Shown here piece by piece: positions 9,490-19,088 of a stretch of DNA of 64,000 nucleotides. This stretch comes from a virus. Lineage: Duplodnaviria > Caudoviricetes. A program made the position numbers and the translations under genes. Where the stretch lies: positions 15,601 through 79,600 of the IMG/VR virus record IMGVR_UViG_3300022407_004352. One strand, 5' to 3'. Each line of letters starts with the position of its first letter. Position 1 is the first letter of the stretch. The notes beneath the pieces are model-generated. The model saw nothing but the letters and a program-made list of their open reading frames with translations, was not told the origin of the DNA and searched no databases.

Positions 9490-9941
9490 CAGTGAGTGAA
9501 ATTCGGGATTGGGTAAAGAAAGAATCTGATAAACCATCCAACTCTAAGTTATTTATCCAAGTATGTGATGAGTTATTACTCATTAAAACCCTGGAGCAGA
9601 ATCTACATAACCATACCATAACGGAGCAGCTTGATGTAGTAGTAAAGGAGGCTACCTGGGAACAATTACCCCACCCAGTAAGGAATGCCATACTCCTTTT
9701 AAACCAAGGGGATCAGGCTAAGGCGATGGATTACCATTTTAAAAGAATTCCACCCGAAATACTTCGAGAGTATGTAGAGTCAGTGTCAAGGGTAATCCAA
9801 ACTTCCAAAGACCCAAGAGTACAAAGGGCCTATGATTTCAAAACTAATACCTTCTATTGTGATAGCGATATGGAGGTTCTGAAGCATATTCAAGACTCCG
9901 TAATATATATTAACGGGCTATTTTTAAAAGAGAAAACCTGA
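9486..9941 (+). CDS. Hypothetical protein
   Basis: Coupled ORF. Confidence 0.6.
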   Translation: MTVSEIRDWVKKESDKPSNSKLFIQVCDELLLIKTLEQNLHNHTITEQLDVVVKEATWEQLPHPVRNAILLLNQGDQAKAMDYHFKRIPPEILREYVESVSRVIQTSKDPRVQRAYDFKTNTFYCDSDMEVLKHIQDSVIYINGLFLKEKT

Positions 9942-9944
9942 TTA

Positions 9945-9981
9945 TATCTTTGAATCATAATTAAAAATCATAAACACTATG
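9945..9981 (+). promoter_or_regulatory. Promoter-leader cassette (TATCTTTG + ATAATTAAAAATCA)
   Basis: Exact -7 box 34 nt before the ATG at 9979. Confidence 0.65.
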
Positions 9982-10173
9982 GACATCGTTGCAAAAGTTG
10001 AAGGGGAAGGTAAGAAACAAAGATTAGTTCTTTCATTCCCGATGGTAAGGAAACTTTCCAAATCAGAAAAGAACATGCTTATCGCTACCACCGGTGGAAA
10101 CCAATCGGTTGACCTAAAGGTGGACGGAAAGCAGGTTACTGTGGGCTTAAATGCCTGGATTTCCGCAGATTAA
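9979..10173 (+). CDS. Small beta-rich hypothetical protein
   Basis: SKSEKNMLIATTGGN...GKQVTVGLNAWI; has its own promoter. Confidence 0.7.
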   Translation: MDIVAKVEGEGKKQRLVLSFPMVRKLSKSEKNMLIATTGGNQSVDLKVDGKQVTVGLNAWISAD

Positions 10174-10178
10174 AGATC

Positions 10179-10258
10179 GGAGTTGGGGACTTAAAGAGGT
10201 GACGGGTTCTCGATAAGCCCAAGATTGCCCGAGTTCCCACTCCTTTCTCTTCTTTTTT
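10179..10258 (+). ncRNA. Extended multi-stem hairpin with U-tail (structured RNA or attenuator/terminator)
   Basis: 13-bp basal stem GGAGT(T)GGGGACTT/GAGTTCCCACTCC, inner GGTGA/TTGCC and GGGTT/AGCCC stems, then a T-rich tail. Confidence 0.4.
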
Positions 10259-10278
10259 AAACTAAAACCAATTCCAAT

Positions 10279-10560
10279 ATGACTCTAATTCCGATTGACG
10301 AGGCAGGAGAATCCCGAACTCTTACTGTCAAAGTTCCTTATCAACAAATCATTAAAAGACTGGGTCAACCCAATGTGGAAGAGCCTGGAGATAAAGTACC
10401 AGCAAGCTGGGCATTTAAAGAGAAAGAATCCGGATTAACGGGGTTCATTTGGGCATACAGAGTACCCAAATCAATGTTGGGTAAATGCAATGAGTTCTCT
10501 GGTGATGGATCGTTCGACCTTCTGAGTAGAATCTTTCCGGGCAGAGTAATTAAAGGTTAA
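10279..10560 (+). CDS. Hypothetical protein
   Basis: ORF. Confidence 0.6.
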   Translation: MTLIPIDEAGESRTLTVKVPYQQIIKRLGQPNVEEPGDKVPASWAFKEKESGLTGFIWAYRVPKSMLGKCNEFSGDGSFDLLSRIFPGRVIKG

Positions 10561-10564
10561 AATT

Positions 10565-11308
10565 ATGCTATCAGAATTAGACCAGATAAAGGAGAAGCTT
10601 AAGAAGCTGATCTCAAAAGAAGAATCTGCGCGCCAATTAGGCAATCTTGAAGAAGCCGAGGCATTTGCCTCAAAGGTACAGGAATTGCTGCTCCGCTATG
10701 CTATTGACATGGATGAACTCAAATCCAAAAACCAAAAGACCGACATTGATCGGGAAAGAGTTGACTTATCCGACTTAATTGGGTCACACGAAGCAACCTG
10801 GGTACATGAGCTCTACAATGTAGGGGCAATGTATAATTTCTGTAAGATAATCTATCCTGCCCGGATGACTATGCCCCATGTGACCCTTATTGGAGAAGAG
10901 ATGCACCGGGAATTCACCCATTACTTTGTACATCAATTGGTATCCAAATTAAGGGAGTTAGCCAGAAGATCATTCAAAGAGTATAAGGGTTCCGATAAAA
11001 GGAATACCTATATACGATCCTTTTTAAGAGGGGCAGTCGTAGGGATTCAGCAGAAGCTGAAAGAACAGAGAGATGAGGCTATGAGGAATCAGCCCCAGGT
11101 AAATGCTCTAGTAGTGAATAAGCAGGGTGCTATCCAACAATGGATGCGAGAAACTTACCCACCCGGAAGTTTAGGTACACGAAATGTAAGAGCAGCAGCT
11201 TCTGCGGATGGATTTGTGAATGGGGTTTCTGCTGGAAGGGGAGTATCCATTAATAAGGGAGTAGGTGGTAATAGTCGGGGTATGGGGGGAACTAAACTAT
11301 TAGGCTAA
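10565..11308 (+). CDS. DUF2786-domain protein
   Basis: IKEKLKKLISK...GNLEEAEAFASKVQELLLRYAI N-terminus and ...SFLRGAV...GVSAGRGVSINKGV C-terminus are typical of the family. Confidence 0.8.
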   Translation: MLSELDQIKEKLKKLISKEESARQLGNLEEAEAFASKVQELLLRYAIDMDELKSKNQKTDIDRERVDLSDLIGSHEATWVHELYNVGAMYNFCKIIYPARMTMPHVTLIGEEMHREFTHYFVHQLVSKLRELARRSFKEYKGSDKRNTYIRSFLRGAVVGIQQKLKEQRDEAMRNQPQVNALVVNKQGAIQQWMRETYPPGSLGTRNVRAAASADGFVNGVSAGRGVSINKGVGGNSRGMGGTKLLG

Positions 11309-11559
11309 TGAGAATACCCGAAAGTGAGAAGATTACCTATGAGGATATGCTATCTCTTACAAAAGATGGCGAAATCAAATGGGTAAAAGTTGAAGCAAAT
11401 AGCCATTACCATCTTCCAACTCGAAGGTGCCTATATAAGGATCGTTTATATATCCTTGAAATATCAGGTAAGCTCTCGGTATGGAACTCGAGAAATGACG
11501 GACTAATTTGGTTTAAACCCAATGCGATGACTTTAGTAGCTTATGCACATACACTATAA
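11308..11559 (+). CDS. Hypothetical protein
   Basis: Coupled ORF. Confidence 0.55.
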   Translation: MRIPESEKITYEDMLSLTKDGEIKWVKVEANSHYHLPTRRCLYKDRLYILEISGKLSVWNSRNDGLIWFKPNAMTLVAYAHTL

Positions 11560-11571
11560 AACCCAAAACAC

Positions 11572-12105
11572 ATGAATATCCGAGCTATACCAGAAGAGGA
11601 GTTTCAAAAATTACCTCTTGAAGAAAAAAGAATGAGAGTTTTAAAAGATGCCCTGTTCAGTATCAAGACCAAAGGCTTAATACCCCGAGCGGGACATACT
11701 CTTTCCATCTATCAACAAAATAATGGGTCAAAGGTAGACTTGGTTAGATTCTTTTCAAATAAGCCTCTAAAACAGGTCATTGAGGATATAAAGGAGCAGG
11801 AATGTCAGGTATGTGCAAGAGGTGCTCTATTGGTAACATATGTAGCTTATGTGAATGATTTTATAACTAAGGATTCCGATGCCGGATTCGCCAGAGAAGA
11901 GAGAGCTTACCAATTGGATGTGAAGCTATCAGAACTTTTCGACATAAAACAGATTATTCTGATTGAGGACTATTTTGAGTATAAAATAACCCCATATGAG
12001 AATACTCGGTTCTTTGGGTTTTCTGATTCTACTTCCTATGATCGGTTAGTTCTCATACTAGAGAATATGATAAACAATAATGGTATATTTAAACCCGAAA
12101 ACTAA
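11572..12105 (+). CDS. Hypothetical protein
   Basis: ORF with a CQVCARG motif. Confidence 0.65.
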   Translation: MNIRAIPEEEFQKLPLEEKRMRVLKDALFSIKTKGLIPRAGHTLSIYQQNNGSKVDLVRFFSNKPLKQVIEDIKEQECQVCARGALLVTYVAYVNDFITKDSDAGFAREERAYQLDVKLSELFDIKQIILIEDYFEYKITPYENTRFFGFSDSTSYDRLVLILENMINNNGIFKPEN

Positions 12106-12392
12106 TGAGTATAAAATCTTTTCTAAAGGCGATTATACCTTTGGATTTCAACCCGACAGACCATAACCCGAATAATCGGTTTATTGGCATTTATGAGGTT
12201 CAGGCCGTAATCAATAAGGTCTTTGGATTAAAGAAAGACTTTACTAGACAGATGGAGGCATACCAAAGACTGCATAATAACCGAAAGATAACCGAGAAGC
12301 AATATGCAGAAGCCATGTTGAAGCATATTCGCCTTTACCAACAAGAGCTCCTATTCGCCGAGAATCAAATTCTACACATATTAAAAAATTAG
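12105..12392 (+). CDS. Hypothetical protein
   Basis: Coupled ORF. Confidence 0.6.
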   Translation: MSIKSFLKAIIPLDFNPTDHNPNNRFIGIYEVQAVINKVFGLKKDFTRQMEAYQRLHNNRKITEKQYAEAMLKHIRLYQQELLFAENQILHILKN

Positions 12393-12444
12393 TAGCCTAC
12401 GAAAAAAGATTCGCAACCATTAGAACCTGATAGTACTTATCTAT

Positions 12445-12477
12445 TATCTTTGCATTAACAAAATAAAGAAAAATATG
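12445..12477 (+). promoter_or_regulatory. Promoter (-7 TATCTTTG) + A-rich leader
   Basis: Exact box 30 nt before the ATG at 12475. Confidence 0.65.
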
Positions 12478-12783
12478 AAAACACTAGAAAAAGTGAAGAA
12501 GATTGACCTTAAGAAGGTTAAGACTTCAAAAGCTCAGGATTCTAAGAACCTTGAGAATGTTAAAAAGGCTATCTCGAAAGAGAAAGACCTCATGTACCGC
12601 TACCCGAAAGCATGCGCTACGCTGCCGGATCGGAAGAAATTCCGTACCGATGCCCGTAGACATCGCGACTCCTTTATCAGAAGGATCAGTAAATTGAAAG
12701 GAGCTGAAAAGATTGAACTCCAAAAGGAGGCAGCTGCCTGGGCATCCACCATCTTTGAAAAAGAGCACTTGCCCAAATTCTAA
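12475..12783 (+). CDS. Basic putative DNA-binding protein with YxYP...RKKFR motif
   Basis: MYRYPKACATLPDRKKFRTDARR; monocistronic between a promoter and a hairpin. Confidence 0.7.
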   Translation: MKTLEKVKKIDLKKVKTSKAQDSKNLENVKKAISKEKDLMYRYPKACATLPDRKKFRTDARRHRDSFIRRISKLKGAEKIELQKEAAAWASTIFEKEHLPKF

Positions 12784-12791
12784 GGTCTATC

Positions 12792-12830
12792 AGGGGTTTC
12801 CCATTCCTAAGTGAGTGGGGAACTCCTTTG
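12792..12830 (+). terminator. Terminator-like hairpin
   Basis: 14-bp stem AGGGGTTTCCCATT/AGTGGGGAACTCCT, short T tail. Confidence 0.55.
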
Positions 12831-12849
12831 ACTATTAAAAACTAAAACA

Positions 12850-13065
12850 ATGAAAACTCTAAAGGCCTTCTATGAACACTTGCAAGTAAATGGCATGTGG
12901 ATTCTAGCAATATTTACCGGGCTAACTTTCCTGTTCCCGGTATATTGGATTTGGAAACAGGAAGACTACCTACAGGACCTATTGCTATGGATCATCATAG
13001 TAAGTACTGTATGGGTGATCTATTTGGTGGGTTCTTTCTTTTACTTTAAACGACAAAATCTATGA
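12850..13065 (+). CDS. Small membrane protein (2 TM)
   Basis: Two hydrophobic segments. Confidence 0.65.
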   Translation: MKTLKAFYEHLQVNGMWILAIFTGLTFLFPVYWIWKQEDYLQDLLLWIIIVSTVWVIYLVGSFFYFKRQNL

Positions 13066-13148
13066 TCTGGTACATTGGAATTATTTTGGGCTTATTAGCC
13101 GCGGGTATTATCATTAATCTATTAACCGGTAATAGCCCATTATTATGA
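13062..13148 (+). CDS. 28-aa membrane peptide (not in ORF track)
   Basis: MIWYIGIILGLLAAGIIINLLTGNSPLL; ATGA overlaps with both neighbours. Confidence 0.55.
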   Translation: MIWYIGIILGLLAAGIIINLLTGNSPLL

Positions 13149-13576
13149 ATACGCTCCTGATCAGCTCCGGATTCTACCTTATATACCTAGTGATAGATGC
13201 TCGACAAGATGCATCTTACATACTAAGGTATGGTAGAATCTATCATGGGTGGAACTGGGCATTGAAAGCATCCACAATAATGGGTATAGGGTATGCAAAC
13301 TTTGAAAACTGGATTCAGACAGCTGCCTATTGCTTTCTAATGGTACCTATCACCTGGATTGTCTTTGAGCTATTCCTTTATGGATTTATGGACAAGAATC
13401 CACTAACCTATGTGGGTTCGGGTGGATGGGATGAATGGTTTAAATATCATTTTGGTAACAGGGGAAAAAATGATGCCCGAGCATCAAGGGCTATTTGGAT
13501 TTCAAAACTACTTCTTCTTATCTTTGCACTATGGATATTTCTATACACCAAAAATATTGATTGGCGGCTATCATGA
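13145..13576 (+). CDS. Multi-pass membrane protein
   Basis: About 4 hydrophobic segments. Confidence 0.65.
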   Translation: MNTLLISSGFYLIYLVIDARQDASYILRYGRIYHGWNWALKASTIMGIGYANFENWIQTAAYCFLMVPITWIVFELFLYGFMDKNPLTYVGSGGWDEWFKYHFGNRGKNDARASRAIWISKLLLLIFALWIFLYTKNIDWRLS

Positions 13577-13605
13577 GTTTAGTGATTGATTCTTATGGTA
13601 TACCC

Positions 13606-13635
13606 GGGGTTAAGGTTCTCCATTTCCTTAACCCC
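13606..13635 (+). terminator. Perfect 10-bp hairpin
   Basis: GGGGTTAAGG/CCTTAACCCC; weak U-tail. Confidence 0.45.
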
Positions 13636-13701
13636 AACCAATCTTCTTCTACTTGCAATAATTAATTCCAAGGCTATAATTCCGATTCAGAACTTTCTTC
13701 T

Positions 13702-13736
13702 TAAATTTGAGTATAAATAAAAAATCAATCATTATG
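13702..13736 (+). promoter_or_regulatory. Promoter-leader cassette (TAAATTTG + AAAAATCAATCATTATG)
   Basis: Exact -7 box and the shared leader. Confidence 0.65.
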
Positions 13737-13976
13737 AAAAAGGAAGCACCTCAACTCACAGTCCAAAAAATGACTCCTCTGCTCGATTTCGATGAGGTCA
13801 GCAAGGGAACCAAGATATTCCACCAGAATGACCAAAAGAAGGTTCATTGGGAATATACCTCCTACATTATTACCGGAGTATCAGATACTCACCTGCTCTG
13901 CAAAGATGCAGGAGGTAAGAGATTTGCCTTTGCCTGGGAAGATTTACCGGATTATAACTTCAAAGTAATTGTATGA
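13734..13976 (+). CDS. Hypothetical protein
   Basis: ATG 13734 follows the leader; the track's TTG start at 13707 lies inside the promoter. Confidence 0.65.
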   Translation: MKKEAPQLTVQKMTPLLDFDEVSKGTKIFHQNDQKKVHWEYTSYIITGVSDTHLLCKDAGGKRFAFAWEDLPDYNFKVIV

Positions 13977-14275
13977 GAAATCAGGATATAATTACCATCG
14001 CCACTTCGGTATTCCCTGACTCCATTACATGGGATGTATTAGAGGATTTGACCGAAGACCAAGAAATTCTAAGCAGTTTACTTGATACCCTTAAAGATTA
14101 TGAGCTCTTTTCGGAAGATCAGGAACAAGAACTAATACTCTTCTGCAAAGAGTTGATATATGCCGAGCATATCCATACCGAGTATAGTTTCCTTGAGTAT
14201 GTGAATTGGACCCATATCCTTTATGCCTTGATTAAAACCAATGAACCCATCTTTAAACCTGAATTACACATATGA
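13973..14275 (+). CDS. Hypothetical protein
   Basis: Coupled ORF. Confidence 0.6.
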   Translation: MRNQDIITIATSVFPDSITWDVLEDLTEDQEILSSLLDTLKDYELFSEDQEQELILFCKELIYAEHIHTEYSFLEYVNWTHILYALIKTNEPIFKPELHI

Positions 14276-14532
14276 CACCGGATTACACCCATTGGGCAAA
14301 GAAGTTTGACAAGGTCAAGCATATCTATTGCGATAAACCTGAAACGGGAACCTTATGTGGAAGCGTTGCCCATTGCTTGGGTAATAACTATGCTACCAAG
14401 GAAATGGAGGTTTGCCCGGAATGCCTTAAGGTAAGGGCAAAAGAGGAAGATGGTGATGAACCGGATTATAATGCACCATCAAACTATGAAAGACAAGAAC
14501 GCCAAGACTTTATTCAACGAAACCTAAAATAA
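14272..14532 (+). CDS. Hypothetical protein with Zn-finger-like Cys/His
   Basis: HIYC..TLCG...HCLG...CPEC. Confidence 0.6.
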   Translation: MTPDYTHWAKKFDKVKHIYCDKPETGTLCGSVAHCLGNNYATKEMEVCPECLKVRAKEEDGDEPDYNAPSNYERQERQDFIQRNLK

Positions 14533-14533
14533 A

Positions 14534-14914
14534 ATGAAACGATCAATCGGTCCTATGGTAAAAGTCAAAGACCAATTACCTCAAGAGGTAATATTGGAAT
14601 TCTTAGGCAATGTATCATTCTCTTCCAATCCGGAAGGCGATGTATCCATTGCTGAACAGATTGCCTCTAACAATTACAGCTCCTTACAAAACCTCATTGA
14701 TACCTGCCGGGGTGAGATTCGGGTGGGTAGATTAAAGAAGGAATTTGAGGCAATGGTAAAGAGATTACCGGAATCACCCTTTTATCAAAAATACCTCAAG
14801 GATGAACCCGACCTGAGCATGAAGGCATTTATGGCGGAGATGAGTAAACTGGGTAGATCAGTATCCAATCCAGCCCAATATGGGGAATGGAAACGTAAAC
14901 AATCAAACCGATGA
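14534..14914 (+). CDS. Hypothetical protein
   Basis: ORF. Confidence 0.6.
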   Translation: MKRSIGPMVKVKDQLPQEVILEFLGNVSFSSNPEGDVSIAEQIASNNYSSLQNLIDTCRGEIRVGRLKKEFEAMVKRLPESPFYQKYLKDEPDLSMKAFMAEMSKLGRSVSNPAQYGEWKRKQSNR

Positions 14915-15129
14915 AAAAGACCCTTTTGATCTATACTCAATGCACTCAGGATGGTATGCATGAGCAATTGTTGATATTGGAGCCTAATCAAATAATCTTT
15001 GAGGCGACAATAGAGAGTGAGGATGGTACCTTCTATCTTGAGTATGTAGTGGGTGGACAAGATAACTCTGCCTATTTCATGGAGAAGCTGGTAGTTGAAT
15101 CTGAAACCGAAATAACCATAAAAAGATGA
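14911..15129 (+). CDS. Hypothetical protein
   Basis: Coupled ORF. Confidence 0.55.
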   Translation: MKKTLLIYTQCTQDGMHEQLLILEPNQIIFEATIESEDGTFYLEYVVGGQDNSAYFMEKLVVESETEITIKR

Positions 15130-15386
15130 ACCGATTATTTCTAACTGCAGTTACCGGGGAAATATGCATGTATGTAATGCATGGAATAAAGCCCCCCTAT
15201 AACCCAATATCTCTCTTTGTCCAAGAGGCAAAGAAAGAGGGTTTGGTTGTGAAGAAGGGAAAGTTACATGCCCTGGGGGCATTGAGAAGACTTTACAAAG
15301 ACAATAACCTCAAAGAACATGCTTTATTAGGTAAAGCAATAGAGCATGAGGAAAAGAGAACCAACCGTAAACTTCTAATACCATGA
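15126..15386 (+). CDS. Hypothetical protein
   Basis: Coupled ORF. Confidence 0.55.
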   Translation: MNRLFLTAVTGEICMYVMHGIKPPYNPISLFVQEAKKEGLVVKKGKLHALGALRRLYKDNNLKEHALLGKAIEHEEKRTNRKLLIP

Positions 15387-15733
15387 GGGAGTCTATTTAC
15401 AAATTATGGACGGGGCAATATATAGACCTTAACCATATCCTAATGATTTCAGATGCCTATTTCATTGACCGAATGGGCAATGGTGGATGGTTCAGAGGGT
15501 TTAGTATCCAATTCATGTTTATGGATAAGCCAAGGGATTTTGTCTTTGATGTAGATAGAGAGAAGTATGTCCGGTTTAAAGATGAACATCAGTTACTTAT
15601 CAAGGGTGAGTGGATCGGAGCTAGAAACCTACATCTATATGATGCTAACCAGTCGGATGCAGTGAAAGACCTTCAAGTTAAGGTGGATGAGGTTATTAGA
15701 GTTTGGAAAGAGTTTAAAGATGGTAAACCATAA
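15383..15733 (+). CDS. Hypothetical protein
   Basis: Coupled ORF. Confidence 0.6.
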   Translation: MRESIYKLWTGQYIDLNHILMISDAYFIDRMGNGGWFRGFSIQFMFMDKPRDFVFDVDREKYVRFKDEHQLLIKGEWIGARNLHLYDANQSDAVKDLQVKVDEVIRVWKEFKDGKP

Positions 15734-15738
15734 CTATA

Positions 15739-16128
15739 ATGAGAAGAGAACCCAACTTTGAAGATGATCTACCATTTATCATCATGACTTGCTTCATGGC
15801 CTTGTTCATAGGGATCATATTAGGTATGTGGATAAACTCTCGAAGAGAAAAAGAATCAGCCCCTTTAAACCCAAAGAACCATCCATTATCTTTGAATATG
15901 GAAAAATCAATCAGACCTTTTAATCCGAAACCCATCAAGGATGGATTAGGATACCCGAACACCAATTGCTTAAATGCAACGGAGTTCAAAGAAATGACGG
16001 ATTGGATGGGGAATAAGCCCCGACCAATGCTCGACTATCTCTTCTACCTATTGGCAGAAGGGAAGCTAACTACGGCTAAAAAATTAATGGATGCAAATCC
16101 TAACCTTAACATAATCTATCCAATATGA
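15739..16128 (+). CDS. Membrane-anchored hypothetical protein
   Basis: TM segment FIIMTCFMALFIGIILGMWI. Confidence 0.6.
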   Translation: MRREPNFEDDLPFIIMTCFMALFIGIILGMWINSRREKESAPLNPKNHPLSLNMEKSIRPFNPKPIKDGLGYPNTNCLNATEFKEMTDWMGNKPRPMLDYLFYLLAEGKLTTAKKLMDANPNLNIIYPI

Positions 16129-16685
16129 GAACAATATATGAAACATGGGTGATAGGCGAATATGCTAACCCCTCACACTTTGAAGAGAAGATATTTGCTA
16201 GCTTCCAACTTGCTGACCAAGGGAATCGCCAGAGACTAGTAGAAGCATTCCCCCATTACTTCGGAGGTCTTCCGACTGATGAAAGCCTGAATAAGGTTCT
16301 TACTATGAGTACAAACTCCGTACAAAAGACCTATATGGGTATTTTATATAAAGCCCTTGAAAGACAATGGGATGACATCTTTGATCTAGCCAATATGATT
16401 GCAGCCCTTGATAATATCAAGGAACACTACCGAGTTCAAGCTCAGACGATTGTACCACCCAATGAAGCAGAGAGGAAGATCGCTGCAGCCAAAAGGGATT
16501 GGAGAATTACCGAAACCCAAAAAGAGATCATTCAGGAATACCTGATTCCAGTCACTGAGGCTATTGAATATAAGAATCTTGAGTTCAATGACTTGCCCGA
16601 AGATTTGAAAGAGGAACTCCTGAAGTTGGTAAAAACAACAGACCAGATAATCAAACTGATAAACCCCGATGCTGATGAAAACTGA
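16125..16685 (+). CDS. Hypothetical protein
   Basis: N-terminal F...F..AD..NR.RL..AFP small-domain pattern plus coiled coil. Confidence 0.6.
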   Translation: MRTIYETWVIGEYANPSHFEEKIFASFQLADQGNRQRLVEAFPHYFGGLPTDESLNKVLTMSTNSVQKTYMGILYKALERQWDDIFDLANMIAALDNIKEHYRVQAQTIVPPNEAERKIAAAKRDWRITETQKEIIQEYLIPVTEAIEYKNLEFNDLPEDLKEELLKLVKTTDQIIKLINPDADEN

Positions 16686-17010
16686 GATAGAACGATTCTT
16701 TGATGAGGTAGAGCATGTAACTAAGTTTATTAATGCAAACCATCATTATACCTTATGCAATGCAAAGCTTACCAAAAAGGTAATGGAGTTTCTAGTAGAA
16801 GAGAATGAATGGTTGATTCTTAAAACCCCGGATGCATCCGAAGATAATACCTATAAGGAATATACCTTCTACTCAGTGGGATCATTGGATGCTCTCACCA
16901 TAGAGCAATTTGAAGCCGGTAGACCCTCTATTAAATTATGGGTAAGGGGTGGAATTCCAGCCATATTAAGTCTATATGATTTAACCATAACCAGAGAAGA
17001 TATTCTCTAA
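16669..17010 (+). CDS. Hypothetical protein
   Basis: ORF. Confidence 0.55.
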   Translation: MLMKTEIERFFDEVEHVTKFINANHHYTLCNAKLTKKVMEFLVEENEWLILKTPDASEDNTYKEYTFYSVGSLDALTIEQFEAGRPSIKLWVRGGIPAILSLYDLTITREDIL

Positions 17011-17015
17011 TCACC

Positions 17016-17249
17016 ATGTATACATACCGAATTGATTATCGAGTTTATTGGCAGGATTCAATACTTGAAGATTCCTATGACCTAGTAAGTGATGTAACAG
17101 CCAAGGAGGCATCATCGAAGTTGAAGTCAGAATTAAAAGCCAAATATGCACCTAGAAAGGTATCGGTCAGAACCATTACCCCAAAGACTGCATACACGGG
17201 TACTAAAACCGGATTCAAAATACCCAAATCTTCACCCCATAAATATTGA
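17016..17249 (+). CDS. Hypothetical protein
   Basis: ORF. Confidence 0.55.
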   Translation: MYTYRIDYRVYWQDSILEDSYDLVSDVTAKEASSKLKSELKAKYAPRKVSVRTITPKTAYTGTKTGFKIPKSSPHKY

Positions 17250-17372
17250 CGATAACGATGATCCCAAATTGTCCAAATAGGCAATGAAATTCATCGTCTA
17301 GTGAGAGATTCTACTAGATTCAATGGATAGATAAGATATAAACGGCTAATTGATACTTGATGACCTATTGAT

Positions 17373-17408
17373 TATCTTTATTATAGGATAAAAATTCAAT
17401 CTAACATG
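17373..17408 (+). promoter_or_regulatory. Promoter-leader cassette (TATCTTTA variant)
   Basis: ATTGATTATCTTTA is shared with 18716-18730. Confidence 0.45.
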
Positions 17409-17975
17409 AAAAAGAAATTAACCCATTTTGCCTTTGGACTCCATCAAATGGTGGAAAGGATTGAAGATGCCCTTGAAAGCCCCAACAGAGAGATCGGTGA
17501 AGAATTCTTTGCATGGGCGAAAGATCAAAACCTGAAAGAGGATTTGAGAAGCCTGAATCATTATATTGCTGAGGCAGCCCCGATCATTGAGGATTTTCCA
17601 TTCAAGAAAGAACCTGCCATAGAATTCATTTACCTATTGCCTAAGAAATTAAGAATACCCCTAAGGCTACAGGTGGTTCTTATGCAGGATTATGAAAGAG
17701 GTAAATATAAAGATTATACCTCATTGCACATATCAGAACCCACCCTGTTGATTAAGAATGATAAAAGGGCTATATTATCCACCATTAAGAGGATGGAACA
17801 GATTGCAGGTTGGGTGATGAAGGATTATGATGATGGTAAAAATAGAATATGGGAAACCCTGGGGCTAGGTGGAGATGACTCCGTGGACTATGCAGGAGGC
17901 TATGTATTTGCCATCTGCTCTTGCTTGAGAGCCTGGGCATACCGAGAATATAATGACTCTAAATTCTTAAAATAA
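17406..17975 (+). CDS. Hypothetical protein
   Basis: First ORF of a cassette. Confidence 0.65.
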   Translation: MKKKLTHFAFGLHQMVERIEDALESPNREIGEEFFAWAKDQNLKEDLRSLNHYIAEAAPIIEDFPFKKEPAIEFIYLLPKKLRIPLRLQVVLMQDYERGKYKDYTSLHISEPTLLIKNDKRAILSTIKRMEQIAGWVMKDYDDGKNRIWETLGLGGDDSVDYAGGYVFAICSCLRAWAYREYNDSKFLK

Positions 17976-18247
17976 TGACACGAGATACATTTGATACCCT
18001 GAAAACCATAATTAAGGAATCTGAACTCCTTATGAACCTAGCTGAGACAGAGCCAGATCGGGATGAGCAAGATGAGGTCCCCAATGTCAGAGATAGATTG
18101 CTTGATGGGGCTAATCTGATCGACCTCTACATTGAATTTTGGGATCATATCATCTGGTGCAGATTCTATAAGCCCAAAATTGATGAGGATGAGCTAGAAT
18201 ACCATTTTTGGAAGATTGCCGAAGAAACTTTAACAGATAAACCATGA
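17975..18247 (+). CDS. Hypothetical protein
   Basis: Coupled ORF. Confidence 0.6.
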   Translation: MTRDTFDTLKTIIKESELLMNLAETEPDRDEQDEVPNVRDRLLDGANLIDLYIEFWDHIIWCRFYKPKIDEDELEYHFWKIAEETLTDKP

Positions 18248-18690
18248 AATTCATACTTACACCTTACCTGACTAGAATAACACTGAAATGGCTATTCATC
18301 CTATTGCTAACCATAATCTCTATCTATTGCCCATACAGAACATATAAGATTTTCATGAGAGAAGATAGCCAAAGATGTGGAACTATTACCTGGAAAGGAG
18401 ATAAAGACCAGGTACATAAATATAATACCAAAACTGAGTTCATTATGGTAATTGATTACCCAACGGGAAGAGAGGAAGCCATAGTATCAGCTGCTACATG
18501 GGCATCTCACAAGGTAGGTGATAGAATATGCTTCCTAGTCCGTAATAATATGCCATTAGATTTTTGGGAATTTGCTTATTTTGTTATAAGCATCGTTGAG
18601 GCAATAGTTTTCTTTGTCATATCAGTGGGAATGATTATCGAAGGCATAAGATGGCTATTCGGAATGGGACCCACCCCGGAAGAATATTAA
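18244..18690 (+). CDS. Membrane protein (2 TM flanking a beta domain)
   Basis: N- and C-terminal hydrophobic segments. Confidence 0.6.
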   Translation: MKFILTPYLTRITLKWLFILLLTIISIYCPYRTYKIFMREDSQRCGTITWKGDKDQVHKYNTKTEFIMVIDYPTGREEAIVSAATWASHKVGDRICFLVRNNMPLDFWEFAYFVISIVEAIVFFVISVGMIIEGIRWLFGMGPTPEEY

Positions 18691-18722
18691 AGGGGCTCTT
18701 TAGAACTCTTCTACCGATTGAT

Positions 18723-18757
18723 TATCTTTATATCATAATTAAAAATCAATCATTATG
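18723..18757 (+). promoter_or_regulatory. Promoter-leader cassette (TATCTTTA + ATAATTAAAAATCAATCATTATG)
   Basis: Leader nearly identical to those at 13.7 and 20.8 kb. Confidence 0.55.
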
Positions 18758-19012
18758 ATACCTGAAAAATTATCCACCCAAGAGTTGCATTACCTGATCA
18801 ATGATCATTTGCAAAAAGACCCAAGACATGCCCTACAAGAATTGATCAAAGATCGGTGGGGTATCGGTCATGATCTCCAATTTCCTCAAGGTTCTATTAT
18901 GGTAGAAATCATGGGTTCATATAGAAATGCCGATAAGAAGAGGTTTAAAAGATTATATCGGGCATTTCGGAAATTTACCAATCAAAGGAACGTAAAGATC
19001 GCCTTGTATTAG
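18755..19012 (+). CDS. Hypothetical protein (possibly frameshifted; may extend to 19092)
   Basis: A -1 frame is open 18949-19092 and its stop overlaps the next ATG. Confidence 0.5.
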   Translation: MIPEKLSTQELHYLINDHLQKDPRHALQELIKDRWGIGHDLQFPQGSIMVEIMGSYRNADKKRFKRLYRAFRKFTNQRNVKIALY

Positions 19013-19088
19013 ATGTAGGTAATGAATCCAATGCCACAACCTTTGAATTGCCCTTAGACCAGATAAACGAAATTAAATTCACCCTGCT

